Source: a virus (Duplodnaviria; Caudoviricetes). Taken from it: a DNA stretch of 64,000 nucleotides. Location of the stretch: positions 1 through 64,000 of IMG/VR virus record IMGVR_UViG_3300001528_000259; one strand, written 5' to 3'. Each line of letters opens with the position of its first letter. Positions within the stretch are counted from its first letter, which is position 1. The translations under genes and the position numbers were made by a program. Under the pieces are notes generated by a model that did not search any database, had not been told where the DNA came from, and saw nothing but the letters and a program-made list of their open reading frames with translations. Shown piece by piece: positions 10,181 through 20,087 of this stretch.

Positions 10181-10598
10181 ATGAAGTTGTTTAAACGTAA
10201 ACATCAGATTGAAGAACAAGAAAATTATGAATACTGGAAAGATCCACGCCTTGATGATGAGGGTACTTATGACTACCTTGCAGAAGAACTTCCAAGCGAT
10301 TCCGTAGAATGGGAATGGTATTATTGTAAGTGTGAGTCTTGTGGCAAAGTATCATTATTTAAACCTGCACAGCACTCATTCCTTTTATTGTTGGTCTGGT
10401 TGGGACTCAATGACATATGTGGAATGCTGGAAATGTAGATTGAAAGATAAGATTCATGCCATTAAAGCAAAATTTAAAAGAAAGCTTAAGGCAAGAAAAG
10501 CATATCATAATTGGGTGAAACAATGTAAAGCATGTGGCGTTAAGATTACGGCGGATGTTAAACAGGCAGCAAGAAAATTTGCCAATGGGGAGGATTAA
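10181..10598 (+). pseudogene. Frameshifted Zn-finger-type hypothetical gene
   Basis: CESCGK in one frame continues as YHYL...CWKC in the +1 frame at GGCAAAGTAT (~10343-10352). Confidence 0.6.
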
Positions 10599-10599
10599 T

Positions 10600-10809
10600 A
10601 TGAAACTTAAAGAATTTGTAGCGAATAGAAACTTTGATGTAAATGCCGAGTATGATATATATTATGGCACGTGGAATGACGATGGAGAACTCATCTGGAG
10701 TTCTGTTGAAGATGGGCGAATCTCCGAAGATGACGATATTGCACAGTATAACATCACTTATATAACAGTGGATGCTAATACGCGAAAAATAATTATTGAG
10801 GTTGCCTAA
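10600..10809 (+). CDS. Hypothetical protein
   Basis: GGAGG RBS. Confidence 0.65.
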   Translation: MKLKEFVANRNFDVNAEYDIYYGTWNDDGELIWSSVEDGRISEDDDIAQYNITYITVDANTRKIIIEVA

Positions 10810-10882
10810 TAGAACAATAAAATAATATAGTATATTTGTAGAAAATAGTATATAATATTGTTTACAAAGAGAGAGGTGAATT

Positions 10883-11284
10883 ATGTGTAAATCAAATAAT
10901 CTTTGTCAGATACAATTTAATACAATGACTGGCGGTAAGAAATATTCACATACAGTCATTTATAATAAAACACAAATCGCTGAGGATGAAGTGTATAATA
11001 CAATCATTCGCAGAACGTGGTATAATGATAAAAGAATTGTTGAAGTTGATCCAGGACAACTTGAATATTTATTAGATAAAGAAGAGGAGAATGAAATGGA
11101 AAAGAAAATTATTGAATTAACTCAAAGTGAAGAAGGAATGCATTGTTTAATGTGCGGGTCAGAAGAAGGACATATTAAGGTTAAAATTCAACGTATCAAT
11201 CCAGTTGATTGTGTGACATCATTCCATGTTTGCAATAAATGTTTGGTTCAGATGCAAAATGACATTCAAAAGGTCTGCGAATAA
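10883..11284 (+). CDS. Hypothetical protein with C-terminal CxxC pairs
   Basis: GAGGTG RBS; internal RBS and ATG near 11096. Confidence 0.6.
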   Translation: MCKSNNLCQIQFNTMTGGKKYSHTVIYNKTQIAEDEVYNTIIRRTWYNDKRIVEVDPGQLEYLLDKEEENEMEKKIIELTQSEEGMHCLMCGSEEGHIKVKIQRINPVDCVTSFHVCNKCLVQMQNDIQKVCE

Positions 11285-11314
11285 GCGGATCTTTTATTTT
11301 AAGGAGGAATTAAA

Positions 11315-11542
11315 ATGAAAAATTGGTTGAAATGTTCGAGTATTGATTTTAACTACTATGATCTCCCAGAAGATATTAATAGTGGTGATTGGCACTATCT
11401 ATTTAATGATTTAAAAGAAGATTATGCTGCATATTGTGGATGGGACGAAGATGAATATTGGGATGAAGATGATGATAAACTTTACGAGGCAGAGTGTGAG
11501 GCGTATGAAGTGATTGGCGAATTGAGAGAAAAGTATAACTAA
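11315..11542 (+). CDS. Small acidic hypothetical protein
   Basis: AGGAGG RBS. Confidence 0.7.
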   Translation: MKNWLKCSSIDFNYYDLPEDINSGDWHYLFNDLKEDYAAYCGWDEDEYWDEDDDKLYEAECEAYEVIGELREKYN

Positions 11543-11552
11543 GAAATGATGA

Positions 11553-11615
11553 TTGCAAATAAATTGTAAATTACAAAACAAAGTGATTGACATAACCTAA
11601 ATTATAATGTACAAT
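11553..11615 (+). promoter_or_regulatory. SigA-type promoter with upstream TTGTAAA tandem box; repeated element overlaps the -35
   Basis: TTGACA 11587, 17 nt spacer, TACAAT 11610; box at 11553. Confidence 0.7.
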
Positions 11616-11646
11616 TAAAATACAAATTAAAAGGAGAGATTTTATT

Positions 11647-11913
11647 ATGAATAAGAACAGACGCAAGGAACTTAGAGACTGGGTTAAGATGGCGGAAGAT
11701 TGGGTAGCAAACGGAGAGGAGATTAAGAGTACGCTTGAAAATATCTGTTCTGACGAGGAAGATTATTTCAACAACATTCCTGAGAATCTACAAAGCACCC
11801 AAAGAGCTTCTGATGCAGAAGAAGCAATCGATGCTTTGAATGAAGCAATCGATGCACTGAGTAGTGCGATTGATTCTGTGGAAGAAGCAATCAGTTGTGT
11901 TGAAGAAATTTAA
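11647..11913 (+). CDS. Acidic helical hypothetical protein
   Basis: RBS; EAIDAL repeats. Confidence 0.75.
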   Translation: MNKNRRKELRDWVKMAEDWVANGEEIKSTLENICSDEEDYFNNIPENLQSTQRASDAEEAIDALNEAIDALSSAIDSVEEAISCVEEI

Positions 11914-11948
11914 AAACGAATCGAAATGATTGAAGGAGGTAGATAAAT

Positions 11949-12203
11949 ATGGAAGAGAATGTAATGGAATTAGTGCCTGGGCTGTATGGATCAATGGTAA
12001 GTAAGAATAAGACCGTGGGGTGGTGTAGCTACCACCGCACTGCAATGACTGTAAAGACAATGAAGGGACATGGATGCCTTTGTAAACATGGAAAGCAGTG
12101 TGATGCGTTTCAGAAATGTGAAGAACATGATTTTTGGAGGCAGCACGAGCAAAAGAAAGAGCTCCGCAAAGCAAAAAAGCAATCTGTTGCGATTATTATG
12201 TAA
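11949..12203 (+). CDS. Cys/His-rich hypothetical protein
   Basis: AGGAGGT RBS. Confidence 0.7.
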   Translation: MEENVMELVPGLYGSMVSKNKTVGWCSYHRTAMTVKTMKGHGCLCKHGKQCDAFQKCEEHDFWRQHEQKKELRKAKKQSVAIIM

Positions 12204-12219
12204 TAAGGAGGGGGAGACG

Positions 12220-12573
12220 ATGATTAGAACTTGGCCTGGACAGACCAAAGAGGAATGGTTGGTAGAGTATCGTAGAGATAAAGCTTTAACAGAAGAAGAA
12301 AAAGACAGAGAGATGGATGAATATCTGAAATCTATAGATGATAAATGGAAGAAAGTCCACGAGAAGAATGAGTGTAAAATTCAACAGAAACAGAGCACAT
12401 CAGAAATATTTGCCAATTATGATCATCCGAATAGTTTAGATAACAGTGAAGCTACAGTATTGTGGATTATTGTTATGGCAATTGCCACAATTTTCAAGGG
12501 AAACTGGATTATTTGGATAATTGCTACAATTATTTGGCGCAAGTATATGACAAGACATAAAATAAAGAATTAA
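12220..12573 (+). CDS. Hypothetical membrane protein
   Basis: RBS; hydrophobic C-terminal hairpin. Confidence 0.7.
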   Translation: MIRTWPGQTKEEWLVEYRRDKALTEEEKDREMDEYLKSIDDKWKKVHEKNECKIQQKQSTSEIFANYDHPNSLDNSEATVLWIIVMAIATIFKGNWIIWIIATIIWRKYMTRHKIKN

Positions 12574-12585
12574 TAGGAGGTTATT

Positions 12586-13575
12586 ATGAATAACGTAGCT
12601 GGAAGGTTAGAGAAAGAAACCAATTTTTATGAAAAAATGAATGATAAATTAAAAGGAATGCCTAAGATTATCTCTGAATATTATACATCTATGAGAGCGA
12701 ACAGAAAGTCATATAGTACAATTGGAGTTTATGTCAATAACGTGCTGCATTTTGCTCGATTTGTGACAGGAGATAATTTGACAGAAGATTTCTATAAAAA
12801 CATTACACCGTCAGATGTTGAAAATTATATGATTTCTTTGGAGACCAGAAGTACTTCGAATGGAATTAAAAGAACTGGCGATGATATTCTGCAAAGCCGT
12901 TGGAGCTCGTTGAATACGTTTTTTGAGTGGTGTATGAAGAGAGGATATATTGGAAATAATCCAATTGCTGTTGTGAGTAGACCAAAGAATAATACGGAGC
13001 ACAAAGTAACATATTTGACAAAGGCAGAGATTAATAAGTTATTTAAGGCAGTAGATAAGAATCCAAACTATATTATTTCCATGAGGGATAAGGCGTTGTT
13101 TAGTTTAGCACTTGCAACTGGTATGAGAGCAAGTGCTTTGGTTAATATTAATAAAGAGGACATCAATTGGGAAGGAGGTTTTATTCAAGTTATTGAAAAA
13201 AGACAGAAAGTTAGAGAAATTCCGATTGGACAAAATACAATTAATATATTAAAAGAGTGGATTGATGTTCGAGACAAAGAGTTTGGATGCTTGAATACGA
13301 CTGCAATGTTTGTTTCTCAGAAGAATGGAAGATTGTCTCCCGATGCGGCGAACGATGCATTAAAGAAGTATTGTGCAGAAGCAGGGATTCAGAAGAAGAT
13401 CACACTCCATAAAATGCGTTCGAGCGCTGCGACAAATTTAGCCGCAGCAAAGGTTGACATTCAAACTATTGGAAATATTTTGGGTCATAAATCAACAGCC
13501 ACAACTTTGAAATATGTAGCCGTATTGGATGAAAACAAAAAGAATGCAATTGGTATTTTGGATAATTTGTTCTAA
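12586..13575 (+). CDS. Tyrosine recombinase (XerC/D-like)
   Basis: TGMRASAL, HKMR, LGH and TLKY catalytic residues. Confidence 0.9.
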   Translation: MNNVAGRLEKETNFYEKMNDKLKGMPKIISEYYTSMRANRKSYSTIGVYVNNVLHFARFVTGDNLTEDFYKNITPSDVENYMISLETRSTSNGIKRTGDDILQSRWSSLNTFFEWCMKRGYIGNNPIAVVSRPKNNTEHKVTYLTKAEINKLFKAVDKNPNYIISMRDKALFSLALATGMRASALVNINKEDINWEGGFIQVIEKRQKVREIPIGQNTINILKEWIDVRDKEFGCLNTTAMFVSQKNGRLSPDAANDALKKYCAEAGIQKKITLHKMRSSAATNLAAAKVDIQTIGNILGHKSTATTLKYVAVLDENKKNAIGILDNLF

Positions 13576-13582
13576 AAAATAA

Positions 13583-13612
13583 TTGCAATACATCATTTTG
13601 TAGTGTTATAAT
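13583..13612 (+). promoter_or_regulatory. Promoter of the MrpR-like gene, containing an inverted copy of the repeated element
   Basis: TTGCAA-18-TATAAT; ATCATTTTGTAGTGTT at 13592-13607. Confidence 0.65.
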
Positions 13613-13643
13613 AAAAACGATAAAAGAGTGAGGAGAGATATAT

Positions 13644-14588
13644 GTGTATACTAACGAACAGGAAGTGGAAGGCTTCTTAAAGGAGTATAAAAGGAGCAGG
13701 GTAATCATAGAAACTACGGTTAGAGCAACTTTGAATAGAGCCATAGAGTTCGAGACAAAGTTTGGCAAACCATTTTATCAATTCACAGCAGAGGAAGCAC
13801 TTGAAATGTATAAAAGCGTTCACGCAATATCCGTTGTATCCTTGCAAAACAATAATTTAGTATTAAAGCATGCGGCGCGATGGTTCGCTTTCAAGTACAA
13901 CAAGACTGCTAATAACACATATGAAGAAATCACAAAAGAAATGTTAAATGAAGCTGTGGATGTTGAGAAACAAAGAAGCCTAATTTTAAGTAGGGAAGAT
14001 GTTAGAGATGTTATAGACCAGCTATTGAATTGGACGGATAAGTGCATAATATTTTTATTGTTCAATAATGCTTGTGGTAAACTACTAAAAGAATTAACAT
14101 TTCTACAATGGAATCAAGTGAGTCGTACTGATATGAAGGTATATTTTAAGAATGGAACATCTGTGGATATAACAGAGAAGGATTATGAGATGTTAAAACA
14201 GGGGTTTGAAGAGGATGAACTTATCTCATTCGGGCAGACTAATAGGATCGCAAAAGTAAGAAGTCTTGGGTTGTATAAAGCTAGATGCAATAGTTTATCG
14301 GATAATGATAATTCAGAAGATCTTAACGATCAAAGTCGTAGGTATCGCTGGGTCCAAAGAAGGCTATTGTTAATATCATCTGATCTTGGGATTAGGTTGA
14401 CGTCTGGTGGACTTAGTGATTCTGGATTTCTATGGTATATTCAGCAAGGAATGTCGAGTACAAAAATGGACTTCAAAGATTTTATCAAAAGTAAAGAGTG
14501 CGAAAAATTAGCAAAGAAATTTGGGGTTTATTCAGATTTGTATGCTCAAATTATAAAAGATAAATTTGAAGTATATTTTGCAGAATGA
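13644..14588 (+). CDS. MrpR/YopR-like master repressor (inactive tyrosine-recombinase fold)
   Basis: MYxN...FL...FE...F N-terminus, NxxDKCIIFLLF...GKxxxEL, L...LSDSG; lacks the R-HxxR-Y set; adjacent to a Tyr recombinase as in SPbeta. Confidence 0.65.
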   Translation: MYTNEQEVEGFLKEYKRSRVIIETTVRATLNRAIEFETKFGKPFYQFTAEEALEMYKSVHAISVVSLQNNNLVLKHAARWFAFKYNKTANNTYEEITKEMLNEAVDVEKQRSLILSREDVRDVIDQLLNWTDKCIIFLLFNNACGKLLKELTFLQWNQVSRTDMKVYFKNGTSVDITEKDYEMLKQGFEEDELISFGQTNRIAKVRSLGLYKARCNSLSDNDNSEDLNDQSRRYRWVQRRLLLISSDLGIRLTSGGLSDSGFLWYIQQGMSSTKMDFKDFIKSKECEKLAKKFGVYSDLYAQIIKDKFEVYFAE

Positions 14589-14593
14589 GACGA

Positions 14594-14656
14594 TTATAAA
14601 CGAATTGTAAATTATCATGTTTTTGCGTTGGTAGTTTGGTTTGCTGGATATAAAAT
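14594..14656 (+). promoter_or_regulatory. Promoter with upstream tandem box
   Basis: TTATAAA-N4-TTGTAAA at 14594; TTGGTA-17-TAAAAT. Confidence 0.5.
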
Positions 14657-14796
14657 ATATCGAACAGAGAGAAGCGTGCTTCTCTCATTAACCAAATACG
14701 ATACAAAATGATTGAAGCTTAAATCCAATCTTGGTAAATTATACACATATAAGTAAGAACAGTTAGATTATTCATAAATTTTCCAATATTTGTGCA

Positions 14797-14825
14797 TTGC
14801 ACCAAACTGGTGTTTGGTATATAAT
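14797..14825 (+). promoter_or_regulatory. SigA promoter with palindromic spacer
   Basis: TTGCAC-17-TATAAT; ACCAAAC-TGGT-GTTTGGT. Confidence 0.55.
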
Positions 14826-14869
14826 AATAACTGGGAGATATATCTATAACGAAAGGGCTGGACAAACTA

Positions 14870-15127
14870 ATGAGAATGTTTGAGGAATGGAACAAACTAC
14901 AAAATACAAATTGTAAAGTAATAATTAATCACACAATATTCGATAATCAATCATACGATTGTGATATGCTACAGATCATAAATGACGAGCATAGAATTGG
15001 TGTCGTGATAAAAGGACAGGAGAAATTTTTGGACAAAAATAATGTTGCCGATTTTTGGACCGATGGATTTGTGTATTGTATTAAGGACGATCTTATGTCT
15101 ATTCATGTGATTGTAAATAAAATGTAA
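14870..15127 (+). CDS. Hypothetical protein
   Basis: ORF downstream of a promoter. Confidence 0.6.
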   Translation: MRMFEEWNKLQNTNCKVIINHTIFDNQSYDCDMLQIINDEHRIGVVIKGQEKFLDKNNVADFWTDGFVYCIKDDLMSIHVIVNKM

Positions 15128-15201
15128 ATTACAACGATATGATATTGACAAACCGTTCCCCCTATGCTATAATCATAACAGAATCAGAAAACAAAATGAT
15201 T
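15111..15201 (+). promoter_or_regulatory. Promoter: tandem box, TTGACA-17-TATAAT, downstream repeated element
   Basis: Box 15111, -35 15145, -10 15168, CAAAATGATT 15192. Confidence 0.8.
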
Positions 15202-15220
15202 ATAGGAAGGGGGACGGCTT

Positions 15221-15430
15221 ATGGATGAGAAACACAAAGCTCAATATCAATGTATGTGTTGTGGAGAAGTCTATTGGATAGAAGATCCACCTGATATAGA
15301 TAAAGACGAACTCTATGTGAAGATGAAATGTAAGTGTTGTGGTAAGACAGAGAATCATCTTTGGGTAGGTGAACGTGAGGAAGATAAATATTTATATTAT
15401 GATTGTACAATAGATTCACGCTATTATTAA
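15221..15430 (+). CDS. Small Zn-ribbon protein
   Basis: CMCC and CKCC motifs. Confidence 0.65.
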   Translation: MDEKHKAQYQCMCCGEVYWIEDPPDIDKDELYVKMKCKCCGKTENHLWVGEREEDKYLYYDCTIDSRYY

Positions 15431-15490
15431 TACAATACAAAATGATTGAATTAAAATTTATTTATATTAAAAGGAGTTAAAAGAGAAAAC

Positions 15491-16591
15491 ATGGCGAATC
15501 AATTTACTTTTATCGGAAAGCTCAGAAAGCTTAAGGAAAATGGTTATACAGAGCAGGAGTTCGCGGGTGGACTTCTGAAGAAGAGAGCTCAGTGCCAGAT
15601 TGTTTGTGGTGACAATGTTCAGTGGCTGGACGTGTCGGCTCTGGTCTGGAAGGATGAGAAGAAAAACAAAATCTACACTATCAAGCATGTAGAAAATGGA
15701 CAGGATGAAAAAATGGAAGTAAAGTGGCAGGATAGATTCAACGAAGATGTTGTAAATTCTGTTGCAAGTTACAAGAAATTCATCGTTGATACCGACACCT
15801 ACGCGCACAGGCAAGAGCTTGAGAAAGATGGGCAGGACGAAGAACTTGAAAAGAGTAAGAAAAAGAGAAAGACGTTTATTCACGCGGCAGATTTCGTAGA
15901 TTATCTTGTGAAGGTTCTTGATAGTGAAAAAGCAAAGGAAATGGTCTTTAAAGTAACTGGTAATATTGAGTTTTCATATTCGGAAAAAAATGGTACTTAT
16001 TATAGAACGTTTGTACCGCAGAAAGTTACTCGTGTGCCAGATACTACGACTCAAATTTGCGAAGGAACTATGAAGGTATATTTCTCGGAGAACGCTGTTG
16101 ACGATACTATGGCAGATGAAACTGGTGATATAGTGTTTAATGGATATGTTCAGAATTATTTCTCAACTATTAAAGGAAATGCGTTTGTTCCTATGTCTTT
16201 TACTGTTAACAAGGACTCTGAGATGGCTGAGGGATTTAAGTTTGTGTTTGGAGATGTCGAAGATGAGAAAGTCATGGAATATGGAGTAGTTGCCAATTTC
16301 ATCAATGGGGCCCAGCAAATCAGCATTACAGAGGATATGCTTTCAGATAAGCAGAAGAAGATGATTGCTCTCAAGATGACTACGCTGGAGAAGATCGCTG
16401 AAGAGCTTGGTGGTACCGTTAGGGGAAATAGGGTTACTAAGACGGAGCTGAAGGATACAATGAGAGGCTATTCGGGCGGAGCAGTTGAAGCTGCGTTTGA
16501 GCCGATGGATCTTCTTAAGAAACCCGTAAAGGTTGAAGAACCGAAGGAAGAGGAAGTCGCAGATATTTTCTCGGACGATGATGAAATCTGA
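15491..16591 (+). CDS. Putative single-stranded DNA-binding protein
   Basis: NQFTFIG start, acidic FSDDDEI tail, position upstream of the AAA ATPase. Confidence 0.55.
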   Translation: MANQFTFIGKLRKLKENGYTEQEFAGGLLKKRAQCQIVCGDNVQWLDVSALVWKDEKKNKIYTIKHVENGQDEKMEVKWQDRFNEDVVNSVASYKKFIVDTDTYAHRQELEKDGQDEELEKSKKKRKTFIHAADFVDYLVKVLDSEKAKEMVFKVTGNIEFSYSEKNGTYYRTFVPQKVTRVPDTTTQICEGTMKVYFSENAVDDTMADETGDIVFNGYVQNYFSTIKGNAFVPMSFTVNKDSEMAEGFKFVFGDVEDEKVMEYGVVANFINGAQQISITEDMLSDKQKKMIALKMTTLEKIAEELGGTVRGNRVTKTELKDTMRGYSGGAVEAAFEPMDLLKKPVKVEEPKEEEVADIFSDDDEI

Positions 16592-16603
16592 TGATAACAC
16601 TAT

Positions 16604-16627
16604 GTGGGTGGTGTAATAGCCACCCAC
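16604..16627 (+). terminator. GC hairpin without a U-tract (terminator or processing signal)
   Basis: GTGGGTGG-N8-CCACCCAC. Confidence 0.4.
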
Positions 16628-16697
16628 GAACGAATGATGAAAGGTAATGTAGGAGATTAAAAGAATTGTTTAGAAGAACTCTTATTATGTAAGGGTT

Positions 16698-17819
16698 ATG
16701 GAAACTAAAATTAAAGAATACATTCATTGTTGTGTGTATATCCATATTAATAAAGTCAATGGTAAAGTTTATATTGGATATACTATTCATGGTAGAAACC
16801 CAAACGAACGTTGGAAAAACGGAAATGGGTACAAAAAGAATGAACCATACTTCTGGAAAGCTATTGAAAAATATGGATGGGATAATTTTGAACATCAAAT
16901 ATTATTTAATGATTTAACATTAGAGGAAGCTCTTGAAAAAGAAAAAGAAATGATTCTATTGTATGACGCAACAAATAAAGACAGGGGTTATAATCTAAGT
17001 AGTGGCGGTAAGTCCGGGTTTGCAGGGATGCACCATACAGAAGAGTCTAAGGAAAAAATAGGAAGCTCGATGAGGGGCGAAAAGCATCCAAATTATAATA
17101 AGCCACTTCCAGAATGGCAAAAAGAAATATTGCGAAAAACTCAGACGGGTCGTACACATATCGTATCCGATAAAGCCAAAGAGAATATGAGTAAAAATCA
17201 TTCCAACAATAGAAGGGTAATTCAACTTACGTTGGATGGTATATTTATTGCAGAATACTATAATCTGAGTAGTGCGGCAAAACAAACTGGAGCACATCCA
17301 ACTGCTATTAAAGATTGTTGTATGGGACGTATACATACAGCTAATGGATTTATATGGGTATACAAAGAAGAGTACGACTCAAACAAACAATATCGAGCAA
17401 TGTATAAATTTGATGTCAATAAAATTCCTGTGGTTCAGTTGAATAAATTTGGACAATTCATTGCGGAATATTCAAGCGCTTCAAATGCAGGTAAAGCTAT
17501 TGGGTGTACGCCGAATCAAATTACGGCTTGTTGTAAACAAAAGGTATATGAAAGCGGCGGATATGTATGGATGTATAAAAGTGATTATGAATTATACGGA
17601 CCAATTATAAGAAAACAACCGAGATTAAAACAGGTCGTACAATTAAGTTTAGATGGGTGTTATATTGCAATTTTTGAAAGTACGAGAGATGCTGAAAGAC
17701 AAACTGGCACGAATCACTCCTCTATTACGAGATGCTGTAAGGATGAACAGGGTGCTGCCAATGGATTTAAGTGGATGTATTTAGAAGATTATAAAAATTT
17801 AACAGAACAAAATAATTAA
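16698..17819 (+). mobile_element. GIY-YIG homing endonuclease with NUMOD3 and repeated NUMOD1-like domains
   Basis: CVYIH...KVYIG, GYN, HTEESKEKI, three VxQL...SA...I..CC repeats. Confidence 0.85.
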
Positions 17820-17851
17820 AAATATTTAAGAATACAAGGAGAATAACTGAT

Positions 17852-19033
17852 ATGGCAGAGAGAAAATTCGGCAAAATTAACAAAATGAGTACGAAATTTG
17901 AAGACTATTCGTACATAATTAACGGAGTTGGTGGAATCGGTAAAACCACTCTTGTTTATGAAATTGGTAAGATCATTACAGGTAGCGATGAGGGAACATT
18001 CATTATTACCTGTGGAGGGGAAAATAAACCCAAGCATATTCCTGGAGCATTCGGAGATGTTGCGCCTGATTTTAAGACTTTTATGGCAATTGTCAAAGAG
18101 TTGTGCGACAATAAGGAAGCGTATCCAGATACTCGTTTTGTGGCAATCGATTCACTTGATGAATACGCGCGTATTGTTGAGAACGCAGTTGTCGCCGAGT
18201 GGAACGCACAATGTGATATCAACGAAAGAGTTAAGAGTATCGCCCAAGCCTATAAGGGCTTTCAAAAAGGAGAGTCTAGGGCATGTGATCTTATGATTCA
18301 GCAGGTAATGAAGTTACAGGCAGCAGGATATTCGATACTTGAAATTGGCCATACAAAAATTAAGACAAAAGAAGACGTTTTAACGAAAGTTCAATTTGAA
18401 CAACTTACATGTAATCTCGACAACAAGTACTATAATGCTTTAAAGGATAAAGTAAACTTGGTAGCGATGTGCTATTGGGAAAATATTGTTGAAAATATCG
18501 AAGAAAAAAAGAACGCATTTACAAAGAAGATGGATAAAGTCGGAGAACTGACTGATCGTAAGAGAGTGATGGTTTTTGCTGACGATGATAATGTAATTGA
18601 TACAAAGACACATTTTGAATATATCACAAGTAAGATTGATTTGTCGGCAGAAGGATTTATTAAAGCGGTCGAAGATGCTATTGCTCTTAAGTTGTCTAAG
18701 ACATCAGATGGTGCTTCCGCTTCCAAGAAATCTGCCAAGTCTAAAACTCCCTCACCTACCCCCGTTCCTGCCGTTAACCCCTCCGACGACGACATCTCCG
18801 ACCTCGTAGATGATACCGAGCCTGAAATCGCCGAGCCTGAAGTCGAAGATCCTATCGTGACGCTTGACGCAGATAGACTTACAGCTATCAGAAACGCTTT
18901 CCGTAGTAGCGATGCTGCAACAAAGGCGAAGGTTAAGGAACATCTTGTTGATTACGGCTCAAAACTCGTAAAGGATATGCATCTTAGCGACGTCGAAGCT
19001 ATTGAAGCAATCCTTGGACTTGGAGAACTATAA
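17852..19033 (+). CDS. AAA_24/Sak4-like P-loop ATPase
   Basis: GVGGIGKTT Walker A, VAIDS Walker B, IGH. Confidence 0.75.
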   Translation: MAERKFGKINKMSTKFEDYSYIINGVGGIGKTTLVYEIGKIITGSDEGTFIITCGGENKPKHIPGAFGDVAPDFKTFMAIVKELCDNKEAYPDTRFVAIDSLDEYARIVENAVVAEWNAQCDINERVKSIAQAYKGFQKGESRACDLMIQQVMKLQAAGYSILEIGHTKIKTKEDVLTKVQFEQLTCNLDNKYYNALKDKVNLVAMCYWENIVENIEEKKNAFTKKMDKVGELTDRKRVMVFADDDNVIDTKTHFEYITSKIDLSAEGFIKAVEDAIALKLSKTSDGASASKKSAKSKTPSPTPVPAVNPSDDDISDLVDDTEPEIAEPEVEDPIVTLDADRLTAIRNAFRSSDAATKAKVKEHLVDYGSKLVKDMHLSDVEAIEAILGLGEL

Positions 19034-19051
19034 TACAAACTAATAACCCAC

Positions 19052-19087
19052 AGGCGGTGCGGAGCAATCTGCCATCGCCTATTTTTG
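19052..19087 (+). terminator. Intrinsic terminator
   Basis: AGGCGGTG...CATCGCCT followed by ATTTTTG. Confidence 0.65.
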
Positions 19088-19158
19088 TAAACAATTTGTT
19101 AAGTCTATTGACAAAACAAAAAAGTAGATGTATAATGCAAATACAAAACAAAATGATT
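19085..19158 (+). promoter_or_regulatory. Promoter: box, TTGACA-17-TATAAT, repeated element
   Basis: -35 19108, -10 19131, element 19149. Confidence 0.8.
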
Positions 19159-19181
19159 GGAGAAAAGAAGGTAGTAAAGAT

Positions 19182-19620
19182 ATGAGTGAAAATTATATTG
19201 TTATTAATGGTAAAAGGAGTAAAGTCAGAGAATCCCTTTGCAAAAGATACAGATAACTATATATACATCATAACTGAGCTTGGTGGCACTGATTTAGTTC
19301 TGAATGCGCCTTCATTTAAACGGACGGCTCTCGCATTTAATAATAGAGATTTTGCGGCACAGGTTGCGCTTCATCAGTTGCTTTATAGGAAGTTGCTTAA
19401 ATATGCTTATGATAGCGGTACAATCGATTGTGCTGAATGGAACGGTAATAATAGACATTATTGTGTAGTTGGAAGTTCTAAAGGAAATTATTATGTGCGA
19501 GCATGGCTCACTGAAACAACTATGAACAATGTTTATTTTGATTCAGAGAGAGCTGTTCGTAATGCGATTGAGAACGTAATTTTACCTTTTGAAAAAGAAC
19601 ATCCAGAGTTTATCTGGTGA
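19182..19620 (+). pseudogene. Frameshifted hypothetical gene, paralog-like to 22265..22786
   Basis: MSENYIVINGKR head (ATG 19182 with RBS) is out of frame with the body GVKSENPF...; could instead be translated from GTG 19186. Confidence 0.45.
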
Positions 19621-19632
19621 AAGGAGACTTCC

Positions 19633-19872
19633 ATGACTTGGGAAGATGCATTCAACGTAGCTAAAAGTGGTTGTAGTATTAACTATCAAGAGAAATGTCT
19701 GCAAGCTCTATCACGACAAGTTCCATCAGTTCCTTATCGTCGTTCAAAAAAAGAACCTTTAATTTGTCCAGTTTGTCAAAGAGTAGAAGGACTTGGTGAT
19801 GAAAGACCTTTTGCTAAGAACAACTATTGCGGCATTTGTGGTCAGAGACTGGATTGGGGAAGAGTGAGATGA
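19633..19872 (+). CDS. Zn-ribbon protein
   Basis: CPVC...YCGICGQRLDW. Confidence 0.75.
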   Translation: MTWEDAFNVAKSGCSINYQEKCLQALSRQVPSVPYRRSKKEPLICPVCQRVEGLGDERPFAKNNYCGICGQRLDWGRVR

Positions 19873-20087
19873 TTAAGAACATAGAGAAATACGAGCTGAG
19901 AGAAAGCATAGGGATAAGTTGCTCAGTTGAAGAAGCAATTATAAGACAAATACCTAAGCAGGTATTAAAGACAGAGGATCCTGATATTTACGAATGTCCT
20001 GTTTGTACAAATAAACTGGTAAGGTGCCCTGTTTATTTTTATTGTTCATGGTGCGGTCAGAAATTAGATTGGAGTGAAGTAAGATGA
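19869..20087 (+). CDS. Zn-ribbon protein (tandem paralog)
   Basis: CPVC...YCSWCGQKLDW. Confidence 0.75.
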   Translation: MIKNIEKYELRESIGISCSVEEAIIRQIPKQVLKTEDPDIYECPVCTNKLVRCPVYFYCSWCGQKLDWSEVR

